Of a DNA stretch of 64,000 bases, positions 26,672 to 36,149 are shown piece by piece. The notes beneath the pieces were generated by a model. It had not been told where the DNA came from. It saw nothing but the letters and a program-made list of their open reading frames with translations, and made no database searches. This stretch comes from Planctomycetota bacterium (GTDB lineage Bacteria; Planctomycetota; UBA8742; UBA2392). The stretch covers positions 700,005 through 764,004 of the forward strand of contig JABTUE010000003.1 of the NCBI GenBank assembly GCA_015075515.1, written 5' to 3'. A program made the position numbers and the translations under genes. Positions within the stretch are counted from its first letter, which is position 1. Each line of letters opens with the position of its first letter.

Positions 26672-27400
26672 ATGCGCACCGGAATCTTCATTACAGGCAC
26701 GGACACCGGCGTCGGCAAAACGATCGTCTCGGCCGGGCTGGTGCTGGCTTTGCGCCAGCGCGGCCTGAACGTGGGCTACATGAAGCCGATTGAGACCGGC
26801 TGCCCGCTGGTTGACGGCGAAGTTCTGGCCAAGGACGCCCGGTTTGTCCGCGAAGTCACCGGCATCCGCGACGACATTGACCTGGTCTGCCCCTACCGCC
26901 TCAAGGCGCCCGCCGCGCCCAGCATCGCCAGCCGACTGGAAGACGTCCACGTGGACATGAACTACATCGTGGATCAGTACTTTCAGCTTTCACTGATGCA
27001 CGAGATCGTGGTGGTCGAGGGCGTAGGCGGCCTGATGGTGCCGCTAAACAACAACGACCTGGTCACCGACCTGATTCTGGCGCTGGGGCTTGAGGCCGTG
27101 GTGGTGGCACGCCCCACGCTGGGCACGATCAACCACACGCTGCTGACGGTGAACATGGCCAAGATGATGGGCATCGGCGTCGCCGGCGTGATCTTCAACG
27201 GGTTCGGCAAAGAGGCGATCGGTCTGCCCGAACGCACCAACCCCGACGAAGTTGAACACTTCGCCCAGGTACCGATTCTGGGCATTCTGCCGTGGCTGAA
27301 AGACCTTGATTACAACGCGCTGCGGGCCGGGTCGCTGCTGAGCGAGTTCAGCGAACGCATCAACATCAACTCATTGCTGCCCAAAGACGACGAATACTGA
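26672..27400 (+). CDS. bioD: dethiobiotin synthase
   Basis: MRTGIFITGTDTGVGKTIVSAGL P-loop and EGVGGLMVP motif. Confidence 0.9.
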   Translation: MRTGIFITGTDTGVGKTIVSAGLVLALRQRGLNVGYMKPIETGCPLVDGEVLAKDARFVREVTGIRDDIDLVCPYRLKAPAAPSIASRLEDVHVDMNYIVDQYFQLSLMHEIVVVEGVGGLMVPLNNNDLVTDLILALGLEAVVVARPTLGTINHTLLTVNMAKMMGIGVAGVIFNGFGKEAIGLPERTNPDEVEHFAQVPILGILPWLKDLDYNALRAGSLLSEFSERININSLLPKDDEY

Positions 27401-27405
27401 AGCAG

Positions 27406-27425
27406 CCGGCCCCTTGCGGGGCCGG
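27406..27425. terminator. bidirectional hairpin between convergent bioD and the toroid-2 gene
   Basis: CCGGCCCC ttgc GGGGCCGG fills the 31-nt convergent gap. Confidence 0.55.
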
Positions 27426-27431
27426 TGCGGT

Positions 27432-29309
27432 TTACTTGTCGCCGGTAAACACTTTCTTGCGCGGCGGAACGGTGCCCTTTTTCAGAAACAGCAGGGCAAA
27501 ACTGGTGTCCGTGGCCCCGCCCCAGCCACCGTCCTTGTCCTGCAATGCAAGCAGCGGGCAGCAGCCCTCATAGTACCAGTTGTGCTCGCCCATGAACTTG
27601 ATCGCCGCCAGCATGCCCACGCGTTCCAGTCCGTACATGTAGTAGTAGTACCAGTTGCGCCAGTACACAGGGTTGCGGGTCACGCTGAACCAGTACTCAT
27701 GCCAGGCCAGGCCGCACTCAATGGCATCCTGTACCGTCTTTTCCCACTGCTGGAACAAAGCCTTTGAGGTGAACTCGGCCTTGAAGTCGGCTTCGTTCAT
27801 ACCGTCGGCGATTTCAAGCCCGACCATCAGAATGGTCACGCCGCTGGCCGACATGCTGCCGTAGGCGGTGGTGGTGTCCTGGTACTTGTCCCAGGTTGCC
27901 TTCACACTGTAGTGAAAGCCGCGGGCTTCCACGGTTTTGGTGCTGTAGGTGGACTTGCCCTTGCCGCGCTGGGCGTCTTTGGGCGGGGTAAAGCTGATCA
28001 CGCGGCGCACCTTGGGGCCATTGGCCGCCTGCATCTTCAGGGTTTCGTCCACAAACTTCTTGGTGATGCCGGGCGGAATACGCACATTGCAGCGCTGGGC
28101 CGCAGCCAGACCCAGAATCGCGTACTGGGTGCAGGAAAAGTCAAAGCGCTGGGTGGTGGCCGGCGCTACCGGCGGCTCTTTCTTGTAGTTCCAGAACGGG
28201 TTGGTGTCGTTGCGGTTGGCGACAATCCAGGCCACCAGCCGCTCCATTTCGGCCCGGTCTTCGGGGCTCAGGTCGCGCTTGAGCGTTACCGGCTTGTCTG
28301 AGCTGAGGAACGAGCGGCGCTCTTCCACGGTGATATAGCGCGCCTCCAGCGCCATCAGCGAAACGCCCACGTCGTAGATGCAATCCAGAGGCAGGTCCTT
28401 AAGCTTGCGGAAGCTTTCGACAATCCGCTCGTCATCGGCTGGCACATCGCACATCAGCAGCGCCAGCAGGCTCAGCGCCGTGCCGCCGCGGGTGTGGTTG
28501 CCGTAGGGCCACAGACCTTCGGCGCTGCGCTGCTTCCACAGGCGCTCAACGCCCAGGGCAATCGCGCGCTCAACGCGACCGTTGAGAACCTTTTCTTCCC
28601 AAGCGTCAAAATCGCGCGTCATGCGCCATTCGACATCCCAGTCGTAGTAGTTCATCGGCCCGGGCTTGTCGCCCACGGCAGGGGTGATCAGCGACCCGCG
28701 CAGAATCACCCGCGCGCCGCGCAGCCAGCCACGCGGCATGTCGAAGTACGCCAGCGTGTCGGCCTCAAACGTGGTCAGACGCGACAACTGGGCCAAGCCC
28801 GCGGCGTCGTGCGCCTTGAGGCTGTGCTTGCCATAGATCAACCAGCAGTTCAGGCCGTTGTATTCGACCTGGGGTTTGAGTTCGTAGCTGGAGTTGACCG
28901 AGAAGTTGTTGAAGGTCTGGACCTTTTCGAACTTCCATTCGCGCTGCCAGGTGGCGCCGACTTTCTGCTTGCCGGCCGGCAGGTACATGGCCAGTTGCAT
29001 CAGCGCTTCATCGAGAATCAGCGGCTCATAGCGGCGCAGCCATTCGCCAGCGGACGAGATTTCATAGCCAAAGAAACCAACCCACTGTCCGGCGGGCTCG
29101 ACCTGTTTGTCTTCGCCCTGCAGCGGCGCGCGCGGGTCGAGTTTTTTCTGGTCAGCGACCGTGAAGTGCAGGTACTGGTTGACGCCCAGTGCCCAAGCCA
29201 ACTCGGCGCGGTCGTTGCCGGCCTGCATGTCGCTGTTGGCCAGACCAATGCTTGAAGTGCAAAGTATTGCGGCGCAGACGGCTGCCGGCGCCATAGCCCA
29301 GAAACGCAT
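27432..29309 (-). CDS. exported protein: unknown N-terminal domain + alpha/alpha-toroid (prenyltransferase/squalene-cyclase repeat) domain, paralog 2
   Basis: Signal peptide MRFWAMAPAAVCAAILCTSSIGLA. C-terminal repeats (GLWPYGNHTRGGTALSLLALL, LALQDKDGGWGG, TDTSFALLFLKKGT). GGGAGGAG RBS. Confidence 0.65.
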   Translation of the reverse strand: MRFWAMAPAAVCAAILCTSSIGLANSDMQAGNDRAELAWALGVNQYLHFTVADQKKLDPRAPLQGEDKQVEPAGQWVGFFGYEISSAGEWLRRYEPLILDEALMQLAMYLPAGKQKVGATWQREWKFEKVQTFNNFSVNSSYELKPQVEYNGLNCWLIYGKHSLKAHDAAGLAQLSRLTTFEADTLAYFDMPRGWLRGARVILRGSLITPAVGDKPGPMNYYDWDVEWRMTRDFDAWEEKVLNGRVERAIALGVERLWKQRSAEGLWPYGNHTRGGTALSLLALLMCDVPADDERIVESFRKLKDLPLDCIYDVGVSLMALEARYITVEERRSFLSSDKPVTLKRDLSPEDRAEMERLVAWIVANRNDTNPFWNYKKEPPVAPATTQRFDFSCTQYAILGLAAAQRCNVRIPPGITKKFVDETLKMQAANGPKVRRVISFTPPKDAQRGKGKSTYSTKTVEARGFHYSVKATWDKYQDTTTAYGSMSASGVTILMVGLEIADGMNEADFKAEFTSKALFQQWEKTVQDAIECGLAWHEYWFSVTRNPVYWRNWYYYYMYGLERVGMLAAIKFMGEHNWYYEGCCPLLALQDKDGGWGGATDTSFALLFLKKGTVPPRKKVFTGDK

Positions 29310-29348
29310 CGTCTCCTCCCTCGGCAGGCGGTTGTCCTCACAACGCGC

Positions 29349-31178
29349 CTAGCCCTCCCCCGTGACGACCCGCGACCTCAGTGGAACCGTACCCTTCTTC
29401 AGGAACAGCAGCGCAAACGACGTCTCGACAACCCCATCTCCCCACTTGCCGTTGTCGTGTTGCAATGCAAGCAACGGGCACGACCCTTGGTGGTACCAAG
29501 GATGTTCGCCAATGTACCGCATCCCGGCAAACATTGCGACTCTTTCCATACTATAAAGATAGTAGAAATACTCATGAAATTGGCTGCGCCAGGGGTTCCT
29601 CGTAACACTGTAAAAGTACTCCAGCCAGGTCAGGCCTCCTTCTAAACTGTTCTGCATCAAGAGGTTCCACTTGCCATACTCGGCCTTGGACCCGAATTCG
29701 GCATCCAGTTCCGGGCCTTGCAGGGCCATGCCCCATTCCGTGCACAGCATCTGGGTGATCAGGCCGGCGCAGGTCATGGACCCGTAGGGGGTACCCGTCC
29801 AGGCTTTTTCATCCCATGTGCCCCAGGTCATGTACTCCCAGCCGCGGCAATCAGTCGGCTTGGCGGCGCGGGCAAAGGCCGGCACGCCGCGGGCGTTGAC
29901 TTTGGCCGCCACAACACGGCGGTGCTTGGGCCCGTTCTGCTGCTGGTACTTCAGCAGGTAGCTGCTGACGGATTTGGGAATGTTGGGCGGGCGCTTCAGG
30001 CCGCAACGCACAGCGGCGGCCAGACCCATCATCACATAGTGTGTGGTTGAAAAGCACCATTTGCCACCGCCGGCGCCGCGTTCTTTGGTGTAAGTCCACA
30101 GCGGGTTGTCCGTGTTGCGGTTGTCCATCAGCCAGTCCACCAGCCGCTGCATTTCAGCGCGGTCTTCCGGCGTCAGGTTGCGCTTGGGAGGCGGCAGGTC
30201 GTCCGCACCGGCGATGTAATGCTTGCGCTCTTCGGCATCAATGTACTTGGACTCAATGGCCAGAATGGAGATCGCCGCGGCATAGGTGGTTTCCACCGGC
30301 AGGTCTTTCATCGCCGCAAAGGCCTGCACAATGCGCGGGTCAGTCGGCGAAACGTCCGACGCCAGCAACGCCGAAAGCGCCAGCGCCGTGCCGCCGCGGC
30401 GGTGCTGGTAAAACGGCCACAGGCCGTCCTTCTGAAGGGCAAACAGGGCGTCAACGCCCCTGGCAATCGCCCCGGCAATCTGGCGGTTCAGCATGTCGGT
30501 TTCGCGGCTGTCGTGGCGCGCGGCCAGCCGCCACTGGCCCGTCACGCGGTGCGACACCATCTGGCCCTCGGCGTTGCGGTGTTCGGCATCGAGCATCACG
30601 CGCAGTCCGCGCGCGCAGCGGGCCGCCGGGTCAAACCAACTGGTGGTGGTCAGGGTAAAGGCCGTCCAGCCAGCCTTGCCGGCGCCTTCGGCCACGGTGG
30701 ATTGCTTGCGCAACGTCCAGGTGCCGGTGATGACAGCACAACGGATCTTTTCGTGGTCTTCCAGACGTGCAAACTGCATGTCGGCGGCCAGCGCCAAAGG
30801 CGGCAGATCCACCAGGTGGGTAAAGTCGTGGTCGCGCTTCCAGGCGTGGCCGATCTTGTGCCGCCCGCCGGGCAGACTGCCGGCGCAGGCGGCCAGAAGC
30901 TCGTGCAGGCCAAGCGGCTGGACCGGCCCGGCGCGAAACCCGAACGAGTCAACTTCGTAGCCAAAGAAGTGATAGCGGCCAAGAGGCGCCGGCGCGTCGG
31001 GTGTGTCCAGAACCGGCGTTTCCAGCGGGGCGTAATGCAAATACACCGGGTGCGGCACATCCCAGGACAGGTCAACGCGGTCGGCCCCGGCCTGGCGCTG
31101 GCCGGCCACGCCGGGGGCAACGGCCAGCATCAGCACCGTGCCCGCAGCAACCGCAACTGCCCTGCGGATGCAGCCCAT
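29349..31178 (-). CDS. exported alpha/alpha-toroid repeat protein, paralog 1
   Basis: Collinear with paralog 2 (GLWPFYQHRRGGTALALSALL, LALQHDNGKWGD, ETSFALLFLKKGT), with a signal peptide. Confidence 0.65.
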   Translation of the reverse strand: MGCIRRAVAVAAGTVLMLAVAPGVAGQRQAGADRVDLSWDVPHPVYLHYAPLETPVLDTPDAPAPLGRYHFFGYEVDSFGFRAGPVQPLGLHELLAACAGSLPGGRHKIGHAWKRDHDFTHLVDLPPLALAADMQFARLEDHEKIRCAVITGTWTLRKQSTVAEGAGKAGWTAFTLTTTSWFDPAARCARGLRVMLDAEHRNAEGQMVSHRVTGQWRLAARHDSRETDMLNRQIAGAIARGVDALFALQKDGLWPFYQHRRGGTALALSALLASDVSPTDPRIVQAFAAMKDLPVETTYAAAISILAIESKYIDAEERKHYIAGADDLPPPKRNLTPEDRAEMQRLVDWLMDNRNTDNPLWTYTKERGAGGGKWCFSTTHYVMMGLAAAVRCGLKRPPNIPKSVSSYLLKYQQQNGPKHRRVVAAKVNARGVPAFARAAKPTDCRGWEYMTWGTWDEKAWTGTPYGSMTCAGLITQMLCTEWGMALQGPELDAEFGSKAEYGKWNLLMQNSLEGGLTWLEYFYSVTRNPWRSQFHEYFYYLYSMERVAMFAGMRYIGEHPWYHQGSCPLLALQHDNGKWGDGVVETSFALLFLKKGTVPLRSRVVTGEG

Positions 31179-31213
31179 GATGACGCTCCCGGCGCGGGCG
31201 CAAACCGCCCGCG

Positions 31214-31972
31214 TTACTTCAGGTCACGCAGCCTGTCCGCGGCCGTCCGGCGCAGATCGGCCAGCGTCTTCTGTCGCGACTGAAGTGTTTCCTTCAGCTT
31301 CTTGCTTTCACTGACCAATGCCGGCCCGTCATCTTCGCCCCTGACCTGGGCTTCGGCGCCGATCAGCTTGTCACAACGTTCAATGTCGGTCTTGATACGG
31401 GCCTCCTCGGCGGCGGCCCAGCGGTCAAACTCGGCCAGGCGCTCGCGGTCGCCCTTTTTCTGGGCGGCGGTCACGTCCGGGTCGGGGTCGGGCTTGCGCA
31501 CCTGGGGCACTTCCGGCAGCGACGACAGCGCCTCGGTCCAGGCTTCCAGAGCCAGACGGGCTTCGTTGATGCGGGGCGCCCAGGCTCCCTGGGCCGAAAG
31601 CTGGTTGACAGCATGCCCGCCGGCGGAGTTGCGCAGTTCCACCTGTTTGTCCATCAGCGCGCGGCGGGCGGAATCGCGGTTCTTCTGGGCTGTTTCGGCG
31701 GCCTTGCGCAGGTTCACGCCCTCGGTCTTGATCGCCTGGGCACGGGCGGGGTCTTTCTTGAGCGCGTCTTCGTAGGCGCGGTTGTTTTCGTTGACTTTGG
31801 TGTCGGCATCACTCAGGGCCTTTTCGGCCTCGGTCACCTTGACCGCCAGTTCGCTGATTTCCTTGCGCAACTGGCGGAAGTTGTTCTGGGCGTGCGCGAC
31901 CGGCGCCGCGGCCAGAGCGGCCAGAATCACGACCCATGCCAGGGTCCTACATGCCCGGTTTGCTGATGCCAT
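31214..31972 (-). CDS. exported coiled-coil protein
   Basis: Signal peptide (LAWVVILAALAAAPVAHA) followed by charged heptad-like sequence. The ATG lies inside the last codons of the response-regulator gene (26-nt overlap). Confidence 0.55.
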   Translation of the reverse strand: MASANRACRTLAWVVILAALAAAPVAHAQNNFRQLRKEISELAVKVTEAEKALSDADTKVNENNRAYEDALKKDPARAQAIKTEGVNLRKAAETAQKNRDSARRALMDKQVELRNSAGGHAVNQLSAQGAWAPRINEARLALEAWTEALSSLPEVPQVRKPDPDPDVTAAQKKGDRERLAEFDRWAAAEEARIKTDIERCDKLIGAEAQVRGEDDGPALVSESKKLKETLQSRQKTLADLRRTAADRLRDLK

Positions 31973-33278
31973 ACTTCTTCATCTTATACTGAAGCGCCGT
32001 GCGGCCCACGCCCAATACCCGCGCCGCCCGGCTGATGTTCCAGCCCGTTTCTTCCAGCGCCGTCACCAGCGCGTTGCGTTCGATCCGTTCCAGGTCGCCG
32101 ACCAGGCCCTTGGGCGGCTCTTCGCCCGGCGGCAGATCGCCGGCCTCGAGCAGTTCCGGCGGCAGATCGCCGCGCGCGACGCTGTCGCCCCGCGCCAGAG
32201 CGACGCAGCGACGCACCACGTTCTCGAGTTCGCGCACGTTGCCGGGCCAGTGGTAACGCTCCAGAATGCCCATGATCTCGGCCGGAAACTTCAGCCGGCT
32301 GTTTTCCCGCCCAAGAAAGTGCTGCACCAGCGCGCCCAGATCCCCCACCCGTTCGCGCAGCGGCGGCAGGGTCACGGTCACCACGTTCACGCGGTAATAC
32401 AGGTCTTCGCGGAAGCGGCCCTCCTTGACCATCTGGCGCAGGTTGCGGTTGGTGGCGCACACCAGCCGAACGTCCACGCGGATCGGCTGGCTGCCACCCA
32501 CGCGCTCGATCACCTTGTCCTGCAACACGCGCAGCAGCTTGACCTGTGTGCCGGCCGGGATTTCGCCCAGTTCGTCCAGAAACAACGTACCGCCGTCGGC
32601 GGTTTCAAAGCGGCCCTTGCGCTGGGCGTCGGCGCCGGTGAACGCGCCCTTCTCATGGCCAAACAGTTCGCTTTCCAGCACACCCTGGGCCAGCGCCCCG
32701 GCGTTGACGGCCACAAACGGCCCCCTGGCACGGCCCGAAAGGCCATGCACGGCCCGCGCCACCAGTTCCTTGCCGGTGCCGCTTTCGCCCAGCACCAGAA
32801 CCGGCACGGTGCTTTGGGCCGCGCGGCGCACAATATCGGCCACTTCGGCCAGTTGCGGGGCATTGCCCACCACGCCCGGCAGTGGCCCGCCGGCAGATGG
32901 CGTGTTGCGGCCCTCGGCAATCGCGCGCTCAACCTTGAACTCGAGTTCCGCCAGGTCAAACGGCTTTTCCATGAAGTCCGCCGCGCCCAGACTCATCGCC
33001 TCGACCGCGTCGCGCACGCTGCCGTGGGCAGTGATCATGATGAACGGCGGCGGTTCGCCACCCTTGGCCAGTTCACGCAACAGGCCCATGCCGTCCAGCC
33101 TGGGCATCTTCAGGTCACTGACAATCGCGTCAAAGCGCGTGGCCCGCGCCTGCTTCAGCGCGGCCTCGCCGTTTTCAGCCTGAGTAACGGCCATGCCCTT
33201 GGCCATAAGGGCCATCGCCAGCATGTCGCGCATGCTGGCCTTGTCGTCCACCACCAGAACATGGGGCTTGTCGCTCAA
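31947..33278 (-). CDS. sigma54-dependent response regulator (NtrC family)
   Basis: Receiver domain (VLVVDDK...DLKMP). AAA+ domain with GESGTGKE and the GAFTGA signature (EKGAFTGADA). C-terminal HTH. Confidence 0.9.
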   Translation of the reverse strand: MSDKPHVLVVDDKASMRDMLAMALMAKGMAVTQAENGEAALKQARATRFDAIVSDLKMPRLDGMGLLRELAKGGEPPPFIMITAHGSVRDAVEAMSLGAADFMEKPFDLAELEFKVERAIAEGRNTPSAGGPLPGVVGNAPQLAEVADIVRRAAQSTVPVLVLGESGTGKELVARAVHGLSGRARGPFVAVNAGALAQGVLESELFGHEKGAFTGADAQRKGRFETADGGTLFLDELGEIPAGTQVKLLRVLQDKVIERVGGSQPIRVDVRLVCATNRNLRQMVKEGRFREDLYYRVNVVTVTLPPLRERVGDLGALVQHFLGRENSRLKFPAEIMGILERYHWPGNVRELENVVRRCVALARGDSVARGDLPPELLEAGDLPPGEEPPKGLVGDLERIERNALVTALEETGWNISRAARVLGVGRTALQYKMKKYGISKPGM

Positions 33279-34591
33279 GGCTCGGTCTCTTTCAGAAAAG
33301 TCGCCCGGAATATGGTACCCGCCGGCCCGGTCTGGACCAACACAAGGTCGCCGCCCAGGTCACGCAGCAGCCGTCGGGCGATGGCAAGCCCGAGCCCGGT
33401 GCCGTCAGCCTTGCCTGTGACAAAGGGCTGAAACAGCCGGGCGCGGATTTCGTCGGGGATGCCCGGGCCGTTGTCGGCGACCTCAACGCTGACCTCGGGC
33501 CCGCGCAGGGCGGCGCGCAGCGTGACCTGGCCGGCGGCGACTTCGCGCAAGGCCTCGGCGGCGTTGTTGACCACGTTGCTCAGGGCTTCGCGCAACGCGG
33601 TGCTGTCTACTTCAAGTTCCGCCGCGGGCAGGTTGTCCGCGCGGATGGTCACGGTGTCGCCGGCCAGGCTGCGGGCGGTGTCCAGCACCGGACGCAGCAC
33701 CTGGTCCAGCGTGATGCGTTCAATGCTGCCCTTGCTGCCGCGCGAGAACTGCAGAAAGTCGCGCACCACGCGGTCCAGCGCGCCGATTTCGGAGATCAGC
33801 TTGTCGGCAATCTGTTTCTGCAGCGGGTCATTCAGGCCGCGGGCCAGCAGTTCAACGTACCCGCGCAGGGCAGCCAGCGGGTTCTTGATCTGGTGGGCCA
33901 TGCCGGCACTGAATTGCGCCAGTTCGGCCAGGCGCGTCTGTTTCTGCAGATCGCGCTGCACACGGCCCCAGGCCCGCGCCGCCACCAGCGCCGCCAGCAG
34001 CGTGACGGCAAAAACCACACCCACGGTCAGGGCCATGGTATTGCGCACGGCGACCAGACTGGCCGAATAGTCGGCCTCGATTTCGACAGCCACGGCAAAG
34101 GCGGCAACAGTGCCGTCGGAATTCAGCACAGGGGCAAACCCGTTGCGGTACAGGTTGCCCTCGGTGTCGCGGTAGGCAACGGTAGCCAGGGGCCCGCGCG
34201 AAAAACAGGCCTCAAGCTCGTTGGCGTCGTTGGCAAAGCCGTAGTCGCGGCTGCCAAAGGGGCTGTCTTCGGTGTCCACCAGCAGCGAGCCATCGCGGCG
34301 CAGAATGGCGATACGGCGCACGCCGCTGGCCTGTTTGAGAGCCGCCAGACGGCCACGGTACAGGCGTGCCACCGGGTCGTCACCCGAGGGCAGTTGTTCC
34401 AGTGCCCCGGCGCTCAGACCGGCGGCGGCGGCGGCGGCATAGCTGCGCAGCCGCCGTTCAAGCTGGTCCTCAAGCCCGCGTTCGATGTAACCGTAGGCGA
34501 TCAGCGCGCCGCCCAGCAGGGCACCGGCCACGGTCAGGGCGAAAACCAGGCCCAGCATCAGTGTCTGGGTGTTGCCGGGCCGCCGGGTCAT
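33275..34591 (-). CDS. sensor histidine kinase with a periplasmic sensing domain
   Basis: Two TM segments flank a domain of about 150 aa. H-box FSAGMAHQIKNPL. N and G boxes (NNAAEAL, DNGPGIP, GTGLGL). 4-nt overlap with the regulator gene. Confidence 0.9.
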   Translation of the reverse strand: MTRRPGNTQTLMLGLVFALTVAGALLGGALIAYGYIERGLEDQLERRLRSYAAAAAAGLSAGALEQLPSGDDPVARLYRGRLAALKQASGVRRIAILRRDGSLLVDTEDSPFGSRDYGFANDANELEACFSRGPLATVAYRDTEGNLYRNGFAPVLNSDGTVAAFAVAVEIEADYSASLVAVRNTMALTVGVVFAVTLLAALVAARAWGRVQRDLQKQTRLAELAQFSAGMAHQIKNPLAALRGYVELLARGLNDPLQKQIADKLISEIGALDRVVRDFLQFSRGSKGSIERITLDQVLRPVLDTARSLAGDTVTIRADNLPAAELEVDSTALREALSNVVNNAAEALREVAAGQVTLRAALRGPEVSVEVADNGPGIPDEIRARLFQPFVTGKADGTGLGLAIARRLLRDLGGDLVLVQTGPAGTIFRATFLKETEP

Positions 34592-35784
34592 CAGAAGTTC
34601 AGCTCCACAAACAGGGTGGCGGTGTGCACCGCATAGCCGGCGGCGTTAACGTCGCTGATGCGGCGCGAATAGCTGTAGCGCCCGCCCAGATACAGAAACG
34701 AATACACGTTGTAGGCAACTTCGGTCCACAGCATGGCGTAACGCTCGAACGTGGTCTTTACAGTGCTGTCCGGATCCAGCGAGTCCACGTCCACGCGGTC
34801 GTCGTATTCGCGGTGCCAGGCATCCAGGCCGAACGTGATGCGCAACGGCTCGTACAGATTCAGGTCCAGCGCGCCGCGCAGCCCGTACTGCCAGTACCGG
34901 TTAAATCCCGCGGCGCTGTCATCCTGGCGTAGCGAATAGACGCGGGCCTCGGCTTCGATCAGGCCGATGTCCAGGCGCACATCGGCGCCGTAGTTGAACT
35001 TCAGCAATTGCAGGTCGTCTTCCTGGCGCAGCAGCGTGCCGTCGTCCTGCAGGTCAAACTGGTCGCGGAACCAGGCATAGCTGAACTCGATGTACGGCCG
35101 GATCTCAAGCACATCCCAGGCGTTGATGTACACGCTGAAGTCACTGCCGATTTCCCAGTTGTCGTAACTGGGAACAGCGTTCTCTTCGCTGAAGTCGGTG
35201 GTCTTGCCGGTAAAGCCAAGCTCAAAGATTAAAAACGAAAGCGAATAACCCACGTGCACGCGGGCGATGCCGCCGCTGGCGCGCAGGTCGTCCTGGCGGG
35301 TCAGCGGGCCGGTCAGCTCGTAGGTCTGCAATTGCTGGTACAGCACGTCAGCCGAAATGCCGAAACCCCAGCCACCGCCGCCGTAGGGCACCTTGACAAA
35401 TCCACCCAGCTTGAGATCCCACATGTCGGCGTCGGGCTCGCCAAAATACAGGCGCCCGGCCACCGTGCCGCGGGCGCCCAGCGCCACCAGGCCGAAGTTG
35501 TGGCCAACCCAGGCCTGGGCTACAGCGTCGCCGAACAGGCCGTTATCGAGGTTGCGGTCTTCCTTGAAGATGTTGTTGTCCCAGCCAACGGAAGCGCGGG
35601 TGCGCAGGCCAAGCCCGGTGCGGTCGCGGCCCAGTGCCAGCGGCAGGTACTGGCCATCGGCCACGCCTCCGACCTCAAGATCGGCAAAGGGCTCCACGGG
35701 CTTTTTTTCGTCCGACGCACTGGCGGACTGGGCCGCAAGCGGCAGGGCCAGCACAAGGCAAAACGGCATCAGCCAACGAACCAT
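34591..35784 (-). CDS. outer-membrane beta-barrel protein
   Basis: Signal peptide (MVRWLMPFCLVLALPLAAQSASA). Alternating aromatic/hydrophilic strands and a C-terminal ...LFVELNF. GGAG lies 8 nt before the ATG at 35784. Confidence 0.65.
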   Translation of the reverse strand: MVRWLMPFCLVLALPLAAQSASASDEKKPVEPFADLEVGGVADGQYLPLALGRDRTGLGLRTRASVGWDNNIFKEDRNLDNGLFGDAVAQAWVGHNFGLVALGARGTVAGRLYFGEPDADMWDLKLGGFVKVPYGGGGWGFGISADVLYQQLQTYELTGPLTRQDDLRASGGIARVHVGYSLSFLIFELGFTGKTTDFSEENAVPSYDNWEIGSDFSVYINAWDVLEIRPYIEFSYAWFRDQFDLQDDGTLLRQEDDLQLLKFNYGADVRLDIGLIEAEARVYSLRQDDSAAGFNRYWQYGLRGALDLNLYEPLRITFGLDAWHREYDDRVDVDSLDPDSTVKTTFERYAMLWTEVAYNVYSFLYLGGRYSYSRRISDVNAAGYAVHTATLFVELNF

Positions 35785-36005
35785 GGCACGACTCCGGCAG
35801 GGCAAAGCAGGGGTGCCTGAGTTTAGGCCGGGCCAGGCGCCGTCACAATGCCGCCGATGGACCGGGGAGGTTGGCCGGGGGTTCCTCCCCGCGCCAACCT
35901 CCCGTTTGGACTTCCGGACAAAGTTGGCAGCCGGTCAGTGGGGCCATACCGCCGGCTGCCTTTCCCTTGTCATCTGAGGACCCGATCCCCAGACAACTGG
36001 GTAAG

Positions 36006-36021
36006 AGCACCCGGCGTGCCA
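36006..36021 (-). promoter_or_regulatory. candidate sigma54 (-24/-12) promoter for the barrel-kinase-regulator-toroid operon
   Basis: The minus strand reads TGGCACgccggGTGCT, with correct GG-N10-GC spacing. It lies about 220 nt upstream of the barrel gene start. The operon encodes a GAFTGA activator. Confidence 0.4.
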
Positions 36022-36149
36022 ATCCGTGCCTGGGGCACGCGCCGGCCTGCAAGTAGCTTGAACAAGGGGTTTTGCGGACACTTCCGGGTTTGGTCACTTT
36101 TGCCGGCCTCGGGCAGATTCGCCAGTTCTCAAGCGTTAGTGCCAGTGGC

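Noticed and set aside
28140-28190. A thioester-like SCTQY in toroid paralog 2, compared with the alpha-2-macroglobulin GCGEQ motif.
   Set aside because: The paralog has FSTTHY at the same position, and the motif does not match CGEQ. There is no support for a thioester domain.
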